A stretch of DNA of 48,652 nucleotides from a virus (IMGVR_UViG_3300023218_000070:1-48652); one strand, 5' to 3'. Counted from the stretch's first letter, positions 28,388 through 37,789 are shown. Notes: a model not told the origin generated them from the sequence alone. Made by a program: numbers and translations.

Positions 28388-29048
28388 GCCAATCTTCCGG
28401 ATTTTTTACCGCATCGCGAAGTTTTGTCAATGCATCTTCCCTCACCTGACCGATGCGTGCTCTCGAAAGCCCAACGATCCGTCCGATCTCAGTCAAACTT
28501 TTCTGTTTGGCTTCCCCCAGCCCATAGTGCATGCGGATTGTGAATGCTTCGAGATCGTCGAGTCCCGCAGCAGACATGATCGCAGCAGTATCAATTTGTT
28601 CATCAGACTTCGGAGCCGGTGCCTCGGTGTTCTGCACATCCTGATCCTCGTATCGTCGGTCCCATTTCCTGGTCTGAGACTCGCCTTGTTTGGAGATTTC
28701 GCGAACAATAGCCGTACACGCATAGGTACTGAAGCGATAACCCCGCTCTACGTCAAACTTCTCAGCTGCTGCGACCAATCGCTCCAGCCCAATCGACACT
28801 TTCTCATCCATTGATAGATTATTCGTCCTAGAACGCCTTGCCATGCTGACTGCCAGCGGAAGATGTGCTTCAACGATTTGATTGCGGATCCTCCGGTAGT
28901 CCCTGCAATGGGTCGCCGCAGCCCTCCCGGCAGGCAGCGATTCGATCAGCCTTTTCTTCGCATCCAAGAGGCGAAAGAGTCTCACTTCTTCCTCACGGGA
29001 CATCCCTCGGGGGGCGTTGTGGAGCAACGCCTTCTGCGGATTCACCAT
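28371..29048 (-). CDS. Phage-encoded RNA polymerase sigma-70 family factor
   Basis: Region 2 RNQIVEAHLPLAVSMARR...AAEKFDVERGYRFSTYA; region 4 SLTEIGRIVGLSRARIGQVREDALTKLR. Start at the ATG at 29048. Confidence 0.92.
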   Translation of the reverse strand: MVNPQKALLHNAPRGMSREEEVRLFRLLDAKKRLIESLPAGRAAATHCRDYRRIRNQIVEAHLPLAVSMARRSRTNNLSMDEKVSIGLERLVAAAEKFDVERGYRFSTYACTAIVREISKQGESQTRKWDRRYEDQDVQNTEAPAPKSDEQIDTAAIMSAAGLDDLEAFTIRMHYGLGEAKQKSLTEIGRIVGLSRARIGQVREDALTKLRDAVKNPEDWLANSL

Positions 29049-29761
29049 GACAGCCTCTCCTTCATCAAATCGCAATACTTAGCATTTCCGTCCAAGCCGA
29101 TGAAATGCCGATCGAGTTTCCGGCAAGCAACACCCATAGACCCACTACCCGCGAATGCATCGAGGACGGTGTCGCCGGGTCGAGTCCATCCTCTCACGAT
29201 CCGCTCAAGCGGCTCAGGCGGCAGCTGAGCGGGATGCCAGCTCATTCGGTCCGAAGCGTTACCCTGGAGCCGCCGCGTTCTCCAGACGTGCCCAGGGACT
29301 CGACCGTTAGGGCAAGCTCGTGGGTCGCCTCGGCGCTGTCGCTCGCTTTCCTCTCGGATTTCGTCTGGGAAGAATGTCAGCTTCGAACGATCACCAATCA
29401 CTACCGGAAAGAGTAACCGGTAATCGCGAGTCAGGCGCTTGGATTGGTACTGGCTGAATCGTTCATGCCAGATGATGGGTTGATCCCAAAGCAATTCCCC
29501 GATCTTGCGTAGATGCTCCCACACCCACCAGCCATCATGCCCGGGGCAAAGCCACCAGAGGGTACCGCCGTCTCGCACGAGATTAGCACATTCTCCCATG
29601 ACGTATACACACCACTGGCGGTAATCGTGGACATTCCGGGTGTCGTCCACTCCGTCGTATTTCACGCCGTAGTTATACGGTGGGTCGGCGAACACCAAAT
29701 CCACCAAGTCTTCGATCGGCGGATCCGGCTCATCAATTTCCCAGTAATGGTGAATGATCAT
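29042..29761 (-). CDS. DNA methyltransferase, N4-C/N6-A, beta-class order
   Basis: N-terminal DLVFADPPY, then HPAQLP and C-terminal VLDAFAGSGS. Confidence 0.92.
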   Translation of the reverse strand: MIIHHYWEIDEPDPPIEDLVDLVFADPPYNYGVKYDGVDDTRNVHDYRQWCVYVMGECANLVRDGGTLWWLCPGHDGWWVWEHLRKIGELLWDQPIIWHERFSQYQSKRLTRDYRLLFPVVIGDRSKLTFFPDEIREESERQRRGDPRACPNGRVPGHVWRTRRLQGNASDRMSWHPAQLPPEPLERIVRGWTRPGDTVLDAFAGSGSMGVACRKLDRHFIGLDGNAKYCDLMKERLSW

Positions 29762-29767
29762 GACCAG

Positions 29768-29796
29768 AGTATGCGCTCCGAATTGCCGATTGGCAA
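29768..29796 (-). promoter_or_regulatory. Sigma70-type promoter TTGCCA-N17-CATACT (predicted leaderless MTase-sigma transcript)
   Basis: Exact hexamers fill the primase-MTase gap; the MTase ATG follows the -10 after 6 nt. Confidence 0.8.
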
Positions 29797-29802
29797 ATTA
29801 TT

Positions 29803-32115
29803 TCAGAAGGGAATTTCGTTGTTTGATGCTGGTAGGGCGGGTTGGAATCCCCATCCCTCCCCGTTCCTCTTGACCCAGTGCTTTCGGCACTCCCCAAGAG
29901 ATGGGAGCAGAAGGTAGTACGGTCGCGGGATGGTGCGATCGCCGATGATCAGGGCGTCTCGCTTCTGGATACGCTCTACACCTGGAACCATCTGGTTGAT
30001 GAAGTTCTGGAACTTCGATCGGGTAGCTCTTGTGGCCCGATTCCACTGCATGTGCTCCAGGAAGTCCTGCATCAGCATTTCGACTGCGACCTCCCGTTCC
30101 CAGCCGTCGTGCTCTGGTAGGATTCGGCCATCAAGCAGCTTGTGATACCACCAGTCTTGATACGCATCCAGCGACTCGCGCTTCTGGTCCAACAGTGCTT
30201 CGGTTTGGGGCAACCGACCAGGGTACCACCCAGACAGATCCATGTGAGTCAGGTAGTGAAGTAGGTGTGAGTAGCCACCATTGCGTAGGTCTTGTGCGAT
30301 GCCGCCGAAGTAGTTGTGATCCTGGATGCGATGGTCTGCGGCATCCAATACCACGAACCTACGTTCCCTCATCTCCGCCGGGACTACCCAGTCCTCGTTG
30401 GAAGCCATCATGATATGCAGGCAGTTCGGCACGACGATTGAGTCAACCCCCTTGGGCTCAACAACAAGCGTGTCTTCGGTAATCAACGACTTCAACGCGC
30501 CCGATGACTTTCGGTCGCCGCCCCAGAATGCCTCGTCACAGAACAATACACAACAGTCTCGCAGATGGGCGTTGAACTGCCCGGTGAGGCGATTGGTCGA
30601 TGATACAGCAATGTAGTGTCGACCGAACAGGTGGCCAAAGTGCTTCGCGAAGAACCCCTTACCGGTCCCCTGATTTCCTCTCATTACGATCGCTGTCTCA
30701 CCTGGCAGGCCCGGTAGCTGCACTGCCCGAGCGAGCCAACGTACTACGTATTCGTACGACCCATCATCGCCGCCGCAGATGTTCTCGTAGACGTGCTCAA
30801 GGAATCGCTCATGGAGATTGCCGGGTTCTGGTGGGACAGTGAAACCTTGCCAAAGGTTGTAGCAGCCTGGAGCATCTTGGCCCGGCAGGAACACGATCGA
30901 ATCATACTCGCGACGGTTAGGGTGCTCCAACCACCAGTGGCCCTTCCGCATCATCTTCGGATTACCTTGGGCGTCCTGACCAATGCTGACCCTCTGATGC
31001 ATGAACTTTTCTCGGAACGCCTCGAACGACATGGCCCGAAGCTCGGAACGCCGCATCGCCGGATCCCACCGTTCCGTGACAACGCGCATTCGGTTACCTA
31101 CCTCAACCACAGCGAACTTGTCATTCAGCTCCACGAGTTCCGGGGCAATCGCCTTCTCTCTGGCGCGCTCAATCTGCCGGATCGCGTAGCGGTCAGCTGA
31201 TCCGCGCTTTTCACGAATCGAGTCGCTGATCCGATAGTCTGAGTCAGTCAGGACTGCGAAGATCGTGTCATCATCACACCCGCCCCGGACCATCTCGCAG
31301 CAGACAAAGAACACGGCTTCACTGCGGGAAGGAAACCTGGTAGCGTCGTCAGGATCTGTACCTTGGACGATCACGACCTTACACAGATCGCTGACAGGTA
31401 GGGCGTTCACGTCATCGACGCGAGCCACATTGCCTGATACCTGCACATTGGAATATCCTGGCCGGGAATCGCCGGTCTGCACGGAGTTCGCTGGCTTGAA
31501 CTGAGAGATGTCATAGACACGATCGTGCCATTCGACCACTTCGGCCAACGCTTCCACGCGCCCTTTCTCGCGTTTACGTCGATCTGGGCGGTTCACCGTC
31601 CCCGGCAAACGCATGATGCGATCCACGTTATGGCATTGGTCAGCGCCGAAGGCTAGCTCTAACGCCTGGTTGTATCGGGCAGCTTCGAGATAAGCCTGCT
31701 CTGCACCGTCGATAGGTAGCGGTGAAGACAGCTTCCAGAACCCTTGGTAGCCTCCGCCACTGAACACGATCACAGTAGGCGGAGGGATACCTTCTGGTGG
31801 ATTCTGGAGCAATTCCAAGGCGCGCTCTTGCTCGGCCTGAAGATCTTCGCCATTTCGTGGGTCAATATCTACATGGAGCCAATCAAGAGATGCGATATCC
31901 TCACGCGACGGTTTTTTGGCCACGTCGTGACGCACCGAGTTGACAGTGAAGTAGACATTGTCGGTGGCTCCAATGCGATCGATCCATTTGCGCATCTCAG
32001 CGACGTTCCTGAAAGTCTGCGTATGGAGCCGCTTCTTGTCCAACGAGATCGACGTCAGGACCCATGGCTCCTGTCGCCATCTTTGCAAGAATTCAATCGC
32101 GGCTTCTGTCTTCAT
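29803..32115 (-). CDS. Primase-helicase (RepB'-like AEP primase plus C-terminal DUF5906/SF3-type ATPase)
   Basis: WLHVDID, FSGGGYQGFW and RIMRLPGTVN; Walker A GNQGTGKG, LFCDEA and IMMASN. Confidence 0.88.
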   Translation of the reverse strand: MKTEAAIEFLQRWRQEPWVLTSISLDKKRLHTQTFRNVAEMRKWIDRIGATDNVYFTVNSVRHDVAKKPSREDIASLDWLHVDIDPRNGEDLQAEQERALELLQNPPEGIPPPTVIVFSGGGYQGFWKLSSPLPIDGAEQAYLEAARYNQALELAFGADQCHNVDRIMRLPGTVNRPDRRKREKGRVEALAEVVEWHDRVYDISQFKPANSVQTGDSRPGYSNVQVSGNVARVDDVNALPVSDLCKVVIVQGTDPDDATRFPSRSEAVFFVCCEMVRGGCDDDTIFAVLTDSDYRISDSIREKRGSADRYAIRQIERAREKAIAPELVELNDKFAVVEVGNRMRVVTERWDPAMRRSELRAMSFEAFREKFMHQRVSIGQDAQGNPKMMRKGHWWLEHPNRREYDSIVFLPGQDAPGCYNLWQGFTVPPEPGNLHERFLEHVYENICGGDDGSYEYVVRWLARAVQLPGLPGETAIVMRGNQGTGKGFFAKHFGHLFGRHYIAVSSTNRLTGQFNAHLRDCCVLFCDEAFWGGDRKSSGALKSLITEDTLVVEPKGVDSIVVPNCLHIMMASNEDWVVPAEMRERRFVVLDAADHRIQDHNYFGGIAQDLRNGGYSHLLHYLTHMDLSGWYPGRLPQTEALLDQKRESLDAYQDWWYHKLLDGRILPEHDGWEREVAVEMLMQDFLEHMQWNRATRATRSKFQNFINQMVPGVERIQKRDALIIGDRTIPRPYYLLLPSLGECRKHWVKRNGEGWGFQPALPASNNEIPF

Positions 32116-32519
32116 CGGTGCGCTTTCAGGTGCTCGACCAACAGCTGACTAGCTAGCCCCCTCGTACATCTCCATTCGGCGAGTTCACGTAACCGATCGA
32201 CTGTGACCGAGCCTAGATGATCGGCAGCGATATCGCCACGAAGCAGTAGCCACTCCCTACGACATTGCAGCATTACCCAGCACAAACCGCCTCGCGCCGT
32301 CCGACGAAGCAGCCATACTCGTTGTTGCGGTGTGAGCGGATGCTTCAGCTTTACGGGCGTATCCTCACGTTTCGGCCATTCCTGGACCCATTTGCATTCG
32401 ATCCACCCAGCCGTGCACTCGATGTCAGGCGTGCCTGGGCAGGCGGGGTTCTCGACAGCCACCGCGTCGAGTTCCCGCAATGCCAACACGAGTTTCGATC
32501 TCATGTCGGATTCGGACAC
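32112..32519 (-). CDS. PD-(D/E)xK nuclease, VRR-NUC/Holliday-junction-resolvase-like
   Basis: MSE...VEN...PGTPDIE...WIECK...LTPQQRVWL. Confidence 0.82.
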   Translation of the reverse strand: MSESDMRSKLVLALRELDAVAVENPACPGTPDIECTAGWIECKWVQEWPKREDTPVKLKHPLTPQQRVWLLRRTARGGLCWVMLQCRREWLLLRGDIAADHLGSVTVDRLRELAEWRCTRGLASQLLVEHLKAHR

Positions 32520-32935
32520 ACTTCTACTCCAGCTTCTTCAAGGATTATCAATGTTCGATTGAAAGATTCGGACCATCGCTCCAAGACATCTGGCATTGGC
32601 TCTGGGAACACGCACCTCTTGATGCCTGTCTGAACTATGTGCACCGCGCAGCGGCAACATGGCATACATGGCCATGTGTACAACATGTGTCCGTGGAGCG
32701 GTTCCCGGGCGTGCAGAATCGCGTTCATCTCAGCATGGATCATGAGTTCATACTTCAGTTCGCGACAATGCAGCCGGTCATCGTCAGCGATGCCTCGGGG
32801 GAAACCATTGTAGCCCAGGGAGGCGATTGTGCCATCAGCACGGGCAATGACCGCACCAACTTTCGTCGAAGGGTCCTTGCTCCAGGACGCGATGCTTCGG
32901 CACAGGCCCAAGAAACGGTCACCCCATTTATTCAT
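32501..32935 (-). CDS. dCMP deaminase
   Basis: SKDPSTKVGA, GYNGFPRG, IHAEMNA and PCCRC zinc motifs; start at the ATG at 32935. Confidence 0.93.
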   Translation of the reverse strand: MNKWGDRFLGLCRSIASWSKDPSTKVGAVIARADGTIASLGYNGFPRGIADDDRLHCRELKYELMIHAEMNAILHAREPLHGHMLYTWPCMPCCRCAVHIVQTGIKRCVFPEPMPDVLERWSESFNRTLIILEEAGVEVCPNPT

Positions 32936-33104
32936 CGATTTCCTCCCATTCCCACGAGAAAGATTCATGCCACCCATAGGAGTGGAGATGTTCGCGATCG
33001 TCAACCTGATATAGCACCCAACCTGCGCTGTCAGGATGAGGCTTCACCATGGCAGTCTGCCCAGCCAACGAAGCACGATTACCCACGTATCGCATTCTCT
33101 TCAT
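32928..33104 (-). CDS. Hypothetical protein
   Basis: ATGA overlap with the polA stop; fills the gap to the deaminase gene. Confidence 0.55.
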   Translation of the reverse strand: MKRMRYVGNRASLAGQTAMVKPHPDSAGWVLYQVDDREHLHSYGWHESFSWEWEEIDE

Positions 33105-35005
33105 TTCGCTTCTCCCCAACTTGGGCCAATCTCCACGTCAACCATTGATGGCACCTCAAGTTCTACGCACGATTCCATGATCTTCGCCAGCTGCGATGCC
33201 TGCTCAGGAGAATCTATACTCATCCCGATCTCATCATGCACTTGAATCTGCAACCTCAGACCAGCCGCATCAGCTTCTACCATAGCAAGCTTAGTCTGGT
33301 CGGCGCTGCTGCCTTGGATGAGTCGGTTCAGTGCCTTGTGTGTCCAGTCATACCCACCATTTGTCAATGTAGGAAACCTACACTTGCGACCGAGCAAGGT
33401 GTGGATGTATCCTTGTTCCTTCGCCCGGGCTTCCGTCGTCCTTGCGAGCTGACGAACGAATGGAACTTGTCGATTGAACAGATCGATGATGCCTTGAGCT
33501 TGATCACCCGCCACCTCAATCTGGCGACCGGCGCGATTCTTTATGAACTTGGTGGGTAGGCCCAACGACTTTGCCAAAGTAGCCCCGCCCATGCTGTAGC
33601 AGAGACCCAGGAAGATGATCTTCGCATCGGTCCGATGCTTCTTGCTCGGCTGCTCATCTGGGCGGTAGCCGAAGATCTTCCTGGCCAAGAGAGTGTGATT
33701 GTCGGTCTTTGGATCACTACGGTACGCATCCGCGACCTCTTCTGCTCCGACACAGTTGGTTATGGCGGCATAATGCGTCAACATTCGCGGCTCTTGCTGC
33801 GAATAGTCGGCGGCGCACCACAAGTCTCCGTCAGGCACGTAGATAGATCGCCACGCTGCGGCAAAGTCTTCACGGGATGGTTGCTGTTGGAGGTTTGGAT
33901 CTGTCGAAGACAACCTACCATATCGTGCGCCCCGGTTCGAACCATCGTCTGTCCTACGTAGCTGATTGAAAGTGCAATGGATCCGGTCCCCACACAGGTA
34001 GTGCCTAACAGAACTCGCGAACGTGGTGCGGAGCTTGTTTACGCGCCGTGCTCTGTCGATCATGGAGGCGACTGGCACCTTGTCCTTCAAGTTATCTAGC
34101 AACTCCTTGTTGACCTGAGGCTTACCCGACTTCGGTGTTGTGGCTAGATCCACACCGGACTTGCGGAGCGCCTTGGCGAGGGCTCCAGGCTTCCATACGT
34201 CTCCCAGCCGGATGCGGACCCCAGTCTCATCGAAGATATTGTCAAGTTGGCTCTGCTCCTCAGTTTCAGACCATTGCTCGATGCGATCCAACGCATTCAA
34301 GTCAACTCGGATGCCTCGGCGTCTCATCTTGACAAGCACAGGGAGAAGACGACTCTCCAAGTCGTAGACTTCTGTGATGCCTTGGCGTCTGATCTCCTTT
34401 TCTTGGTGTGCGAGAATGTCCAGCACCAACGATGCATCCCGTGCGGCATATTCTGCAACGTACCGGGCCGGTAGCTCGTACATTTGGGCCTTAGCACTAA
34501 CTCCCCAAGCAGATGCGGCGTCCCGTAGCACACTTTCATTCTTGCCAGGGAACCCCCATCTCTTGGCGATAGCGTCGAGCGAGTAGGAATCATGGAGTTC
34601 GTCAATCAACGGATCCGCAACCTGAACATCGCGGAACCACTTGGCTCGACGAAACACGACCCCGGCTTGGGCGAGAAAGTCCAAGTCGTACTGCATGTTG
34701 GCGCCAGCGATCGTTCCCGTGAATACAGCAGCTTGCTCACGCAGGTACCGGAGAACTTGCTCGGGATCCAGGTTGTCGCCACCGCGATGGCGCATCGGCA
34801 GGTAGACACTCGGACCACCTGAGATGCTAAACGACACGCCAACAATGTAGGCACCACGCCGTACGCCTGGGCCGAGACGCTTCAAGTCTGGGTCGTGGGT
34901 TTCGATGTCAATCCCGACGAGTTCCGCGCACCTCCAGCTGGGTAGCTGGCTCAAGTTCGGTGGTTGATAATCCACTTTTGGTTGGAACAGGGGCATTTCT
35001 GTCAT
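33101..35005 (-). CDS. polA: Family A DNA polymerase with 3'-5' exonuclease
   Basis: Exo I DIET; GRLSSTDPNLQQ; motif A DYSQQEPR, motif B RTDAKIIFLGLCYSMG, motif C QVHDE. Start at the ATG at 35005 (ATGA overlap). Confidence 0.95.
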   Translation of the reverse strand: MTEMPLFQPKVDYQPPNLSQLPSWRCAELVGIDIETHDPDLKRLGPGVRRGAYIVGVSFSISGGPSVYLPMRHRGGDNLDPEQVLRYLREQAAVFTGTIAGANMQYDLDFLAQAGVVFRRAKWFRDVQVADPLIDELHDSYSLDAIAKRWGFPGKNESVLRDAASAWGVSAKAQMYELPARYVAEYAARDASLVLDILAHQEKEIRRQGITEVYDLESRLLPVLVKMRRRGIRVDLNALDRIEQWSETEEQSQLDNIFDETGVRIRLGDVWKPGALAKALRKSGVDLATTPKSGKPQVNKELLDNLKDKVPVASMIDRARRVNKLRTTFASSVRHYLCGDRIHCTFNQLRRTDDGSNRGARYGRLSSTDPNLQQQPSREDFAAAWRSIYVPDGDLWCAADYSQQEPRMLTHYAAITNCVGAEEVADAYRSDPKTDNHTLLARKIFGYRPDEQPSKKHRTDAKIIFLGLCYSMGGATLAKSLGLPTKFIKNRAGRQIEVAGDQAQGIIDLFNRQVPFVRQLARTTEARAKEQGYIHTLLGRKCRFPTLTNGGYDWTHKALNRLIQGSSADQTKLAMVEADAAGLRLQIQVHDEIGMSIDSPEQASQLAKIMESCVELEVPSMVDVEIGPSWGEAK

Positions 35006-35433
35006 CGCACCATCCTCAACCTGCCCAGGTGGGGGTTTACTAGGTGCGGGTCCAAACACAGCGGGATCATCCACCTTAGGTTAGGAATCACATCGTCCCA
35101 GGGAACCTCGCTGAGCGGCAGAACAGAAACTTCCTCGTGCGTTGTCGTCTTGGCATCGAGCACGTCGTCCGATCGAATGTGGAAGAAATGAACTTGGTAT
35201 TCGTCCGTGAAGAGGGTAGTCAAGTGACGCCATGCTCGGCTGTCAGTCCGCACACCCGTTTCCTCGCGGAATTCCCTTGCCATGGCATCGTGAGGCATTT
35301 CGCAAGATTCTACCTTGCCACCCACTCCATTCAACCAACCAATCACGGCTGTAGGACCAGTCTGTTTTCTGATGAGTACGGTCTCAGTGTCCTGCTCGTC
35401 GAAAGCCAAGCCGACTACGTAAGTTTTCATCAC
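35002..35433 (-). CDS. Nudix hydrolase
   Basis: Nudix box GGKVESCEMPHDAMAREFREETGV. Confidence 0.9.
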   Translation of the reverse strand: MMKTYVVGLAFDEQDTETVLIRKQTGPTAVIGWLNGVGGKVESCEMPHDAMAREFREETGVRTDSRAWRHLTTLFTDEYQVHFFHIRSDDVLDAKTTTHEEVSVLPLSEVPWDDVIPNLRWMIPLCLDPHLVNPHLGRLRMVR

Positions 35434-35786
35434 GGCTGATTGTCCCGGTGAGTGGTTTTTGCTGCCTCCGCACCCATTGCCTGAGCCTCTGCTTCAACCA
35501 GTAGTAGGTATCTCCGCAGATCGCGGATATCGTCGATCAAACCTTCGGAGCGTTCGTCTGCCAGGATGTGGCCAAACACATCCCATTGCGTAGCGCCGTC
35601 GGTCTTTGATACCCGTCTCTCGATACGATCCCATTTGCGAGCAAGCATCATGAAAGCGCCAGCTCCGCCTCGCAACTTCCAGCTATTACCGTACTCCTTC
35701 TGGGCCGCTTGCAAACCCGCGACATCATTCTGAGCAATCTCACTGAGATGGAGCAGGTAGTCGTTGGTATTCGGATCACTGTACAT
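35430..35786 (-). CDS. Nucleotide-modification-associated all-alpha protein (Nmad1/MazG-like pyrophosphatase)
   Basis: EYGNSWKLRGG...MLARKWDRIE...DDIRDLRRYLLL; adjacent to the TS homolog; start at the ATG at 35786. Confidence 0.65.
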   Translation of the reverse strand: MYSDPNTNDYLLHLSEIAQNDVAGLQAAQKEYGNSWKLRGGAGAFMMLARKWDRIERRVSKTDGATQWDVFGHILADERSEGLIDDIRDLRRYLLLVEAEAQAMGAEAAKTTHRDNQP

Positions 35787-36795
35787 TCTGCTTCTCCTCC
35801 CATGCTTCGCGCTTCTGACGAAGCCAAGTCTCCGCCGCGATTCTCCAATCGCAATCCTCAGGCATCTCAGCCACCCTCCCGAGACCGCGATCGTATTTGT
35901 CGGGTGGCTCGTTGGCAACAAACGCAGCTACCGCCATCTTCATCGGCAAAGCCACCTTCCGCAGAAACGGATCTGTGTGGCCGAGATCGTAGGGGCTATT
36001 GACCCACGAGTGTACATCTTGATAAGAGAACGTCGCCGGATACGGTCGCACGTGGCCAGCTGCATACCGATCGGTGAGGCGGTATATATTGGATGGAAAA
36101 GCGTATTGCGCCAACTCTTCCATCAATCCCGCGTGCCGGTCCGTGTATAGGTGGAGATTGTTCGTGACCTGCCAATACCTCCCTACATCACATCCGATTT
36201 GGTGCGCCAGGAACTCCTGAAGCACGCTGAAGTGAACCACGTTCGCGCCCAACGCTCCCCAGACAACATCGTTGCTCCGGTTGCAGACCGTCATGTTCAG
36301 CACACCATCACGATCCCGGCTGAAGTACACGTGTGTGTTGCAAGGCACGTCCTTGCTGCGAGAAGACAAGTCGGCTGTTGCTGACCACATTGACAGGACC
36401 TGCCGCCTGCAATCAGGGTTCTTCTTCAGGTTATCAGCAATCGCTTCCAGCTGGTCGAAATCGAACCATTTCCGCCACCGATGGCCGTAGGCACCGTGGA
36501 ACACATCCCCATTATCAGAGAACTGCTTGATGCTCGGCACTATGGATGCCAAGAACTTGACGTCGTTCCGTCCGGCAAGCATCCATAGTGCCTCAAGAAG
36601 ATGGAAGAATGGATTAGCCGACCGCTCCGGCCAGAACACAACCCTCTCCAGCGGGCAGTCGAACACCATCGTCGTCGGCTCTGTAAGCTGCAAGACTGGT
36701 CCGTTGCGACTCTGCCGCTTCTCTCCTTTCTGCTTGAGCTGGTGCATCACTTCCGGCAACATCTGGTGCGCGTTACGCGCTCGAATCACGTTCAT
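35776..36795 (-). CDS. Thymidylate-synthase homolog, probable dUMP hydroxymethylase
   Basis: SRNG, NPFFHLLE, catalytic DVPCN, RSNDVVWGALGAN (Asn at the dUMP-specificity position) and NNLHLY; clustered with 5-hmdU kinase genes. Confidence 0.85.
   Translation of the reverse strand: MNVIRARNAHQMLPEVMHQLKQKGEKRQSRNGPVLQLTEPTTMVFDCPLERVVFWPERSANPFFHLLEALWMLAGRNDVKFLASIVPSIKQFSDNGDVFHGAYGHRWRKWFDFDQLEAIADNLKKNPDCRRQVLSMWSATADLSSRSKDVPCNTHVYFSRDRDGVLNMTVCNRSNDVVWGALGANVVHFSVLQEFLAHQIGCDVGRYWQVTNNLHLYTDRHAGLMEELAQYAFPSNIYRLTDRYAAGHVRPYPATFSYQDVHSWVNSPYDLGHTDPFLRKVALPMKMAVAAFVANEPPDKYDRGLGRVAEMPEDCDWRIAAETWLRQKREAWEEKQNVQ
35890..35918 (-). promoter_or_regulatory. Possible internal promoter TTGCCA-N17-TACGAT upstream of the Nmad1-Nudix-polA genes
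   Basis: Family -35, 17-nt spacer and a good -10, but it lies inside a CDS. Confidence 0.35.
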
Positions 36796-36800
36796 TGGAA

Positions 36801-37382
36801 CTACTCCTCTGCTGGCAAGCCCAGCTTCTCACACACAAACCTATACGCTGCTTCACGATCCAGAACTTCCACAGGGATACCGAGCCTCTGGCGCTTATGG
36901 AGTGTCCTAGTAAACTTTCTATATTTCGATTCCGTATTGCTGGGGTCCAAAGGTTTGAATTCACGCCTCAATTGCTCAGCCCTCACCCTACGTCTCTCGT
37001 TGACGGAGTTGATACACTGCTCAAGAGGGGTATCCAACTGAACTTGGATTAGGCCAAAGCCGTTCAGGCGACGTAGCCTATCCATTCCCCACATTGCTAC
37101 TAGAACACCCTCCATGAGTACGCGACGTCCTCGCTGCACTTCCTCTTTCACCGTCGATTCGAGATCATATGCGGCTCCTCGCCAAGAGAACGCATCGCAC
37201 CCGCCGCAAGCATTCTCGTCGTAGCGTCCCATGACTGTAAGCCAGTTGTCATAGACCACACCAACAGGGACTTTCTTTGGTCCAGCGAAAATTTGAGAAC
37301 CCCCGGGCTCTAGTTTCGACAGAATTCTCCTCACAAGGGTAGTCTTGCCCGACCCATGTGTGCCGCAAATCATCAAGATCAT
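36801..37382 (-). CDS. P-loop kinase, probable catalytic subunit of a 5-hmdU DNA kinase
   Basis: ICGTHGSGKTT, GRY...CGGCD, LMEG and LDTPLEQCINSVNERRR; gene context. Confidence 0.8.
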   Translation of the reverse strand: MILMICGTHGSGKTTLVRRILSKLEPGGSQIFAGPKKVPVGVVYDNWLTVMGRYDENACGGCDAFSWRGAAYDLESTVKEEVQRGRRVLMEGVLVAMWGMDRLRRLNGFGLIQVQLDTPLEQCINSVNERRRVRAEQLRREFKPLDPSNTESKYRKFTRTLHKRQRLGIPVEVLDREAAYRFVCEKLGLPAEE

Positions 37383-37789
37383 CTCTGCATCTCCATAATG
37401 CGATCAACGAACACCGGGTTTGCCAAGGCACGCGGACGCACCTGTCGGATGGTATCAATCGCCTCGCTTGGTGTCATTCCATACTGCCGAATCAGGACAA
37501 CTGCCGAAACTGCCGGGCTCCGGTTCCGTCCCGCATGGCAATGAACCAACACGGTGTGGTTATTGTCAAGCCATTGAATCACATCCTGTATCGCTGCCTC
37601 GAACAGGATCCCGTGCCAACGTTTCCCATCGGGGATTGCGTAGTGGGAATACTCCTTCACGATGTTCTGAACTTCTTGTGGTGTACCTTTCTTGACGCAG
37701 GACACAATCGCACTCGCCCCGCACTGTCGAACCATCTGCGGAGTAGGCATACTGCCAATCCATAGCTCATCGATGATGTTGCGCAGCAT
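37379..37789 (-). CDS. Dual-specificity/PTP-like CX5R phosphatase
   Basis: VLVHCHAGRNRS active-site loop; AIPDG acid loop. Confidence 0.9.
   Translation of the reverse strand: MLRNIIDELWIGSMPTPQMVRQCGASAIVSCVKKGTPQEVQNIVKEYSHYAIPDGKRWHGILFEAAIQDVIQWLDNNHTVLVHCHAGRNRSPAVSAVVLIRQYGMTPSEAIDTIRQVRPRALANPVFVDRIMEMQR

Noticed and set aside
35776-36795. Canonical thymidylate synthase (thyA)
   Set aside because: Divergent motifs (PCN, RSND), no DHFR seen, and linkage to 5-hmdU kinase genes favour a hydroxymethylase.
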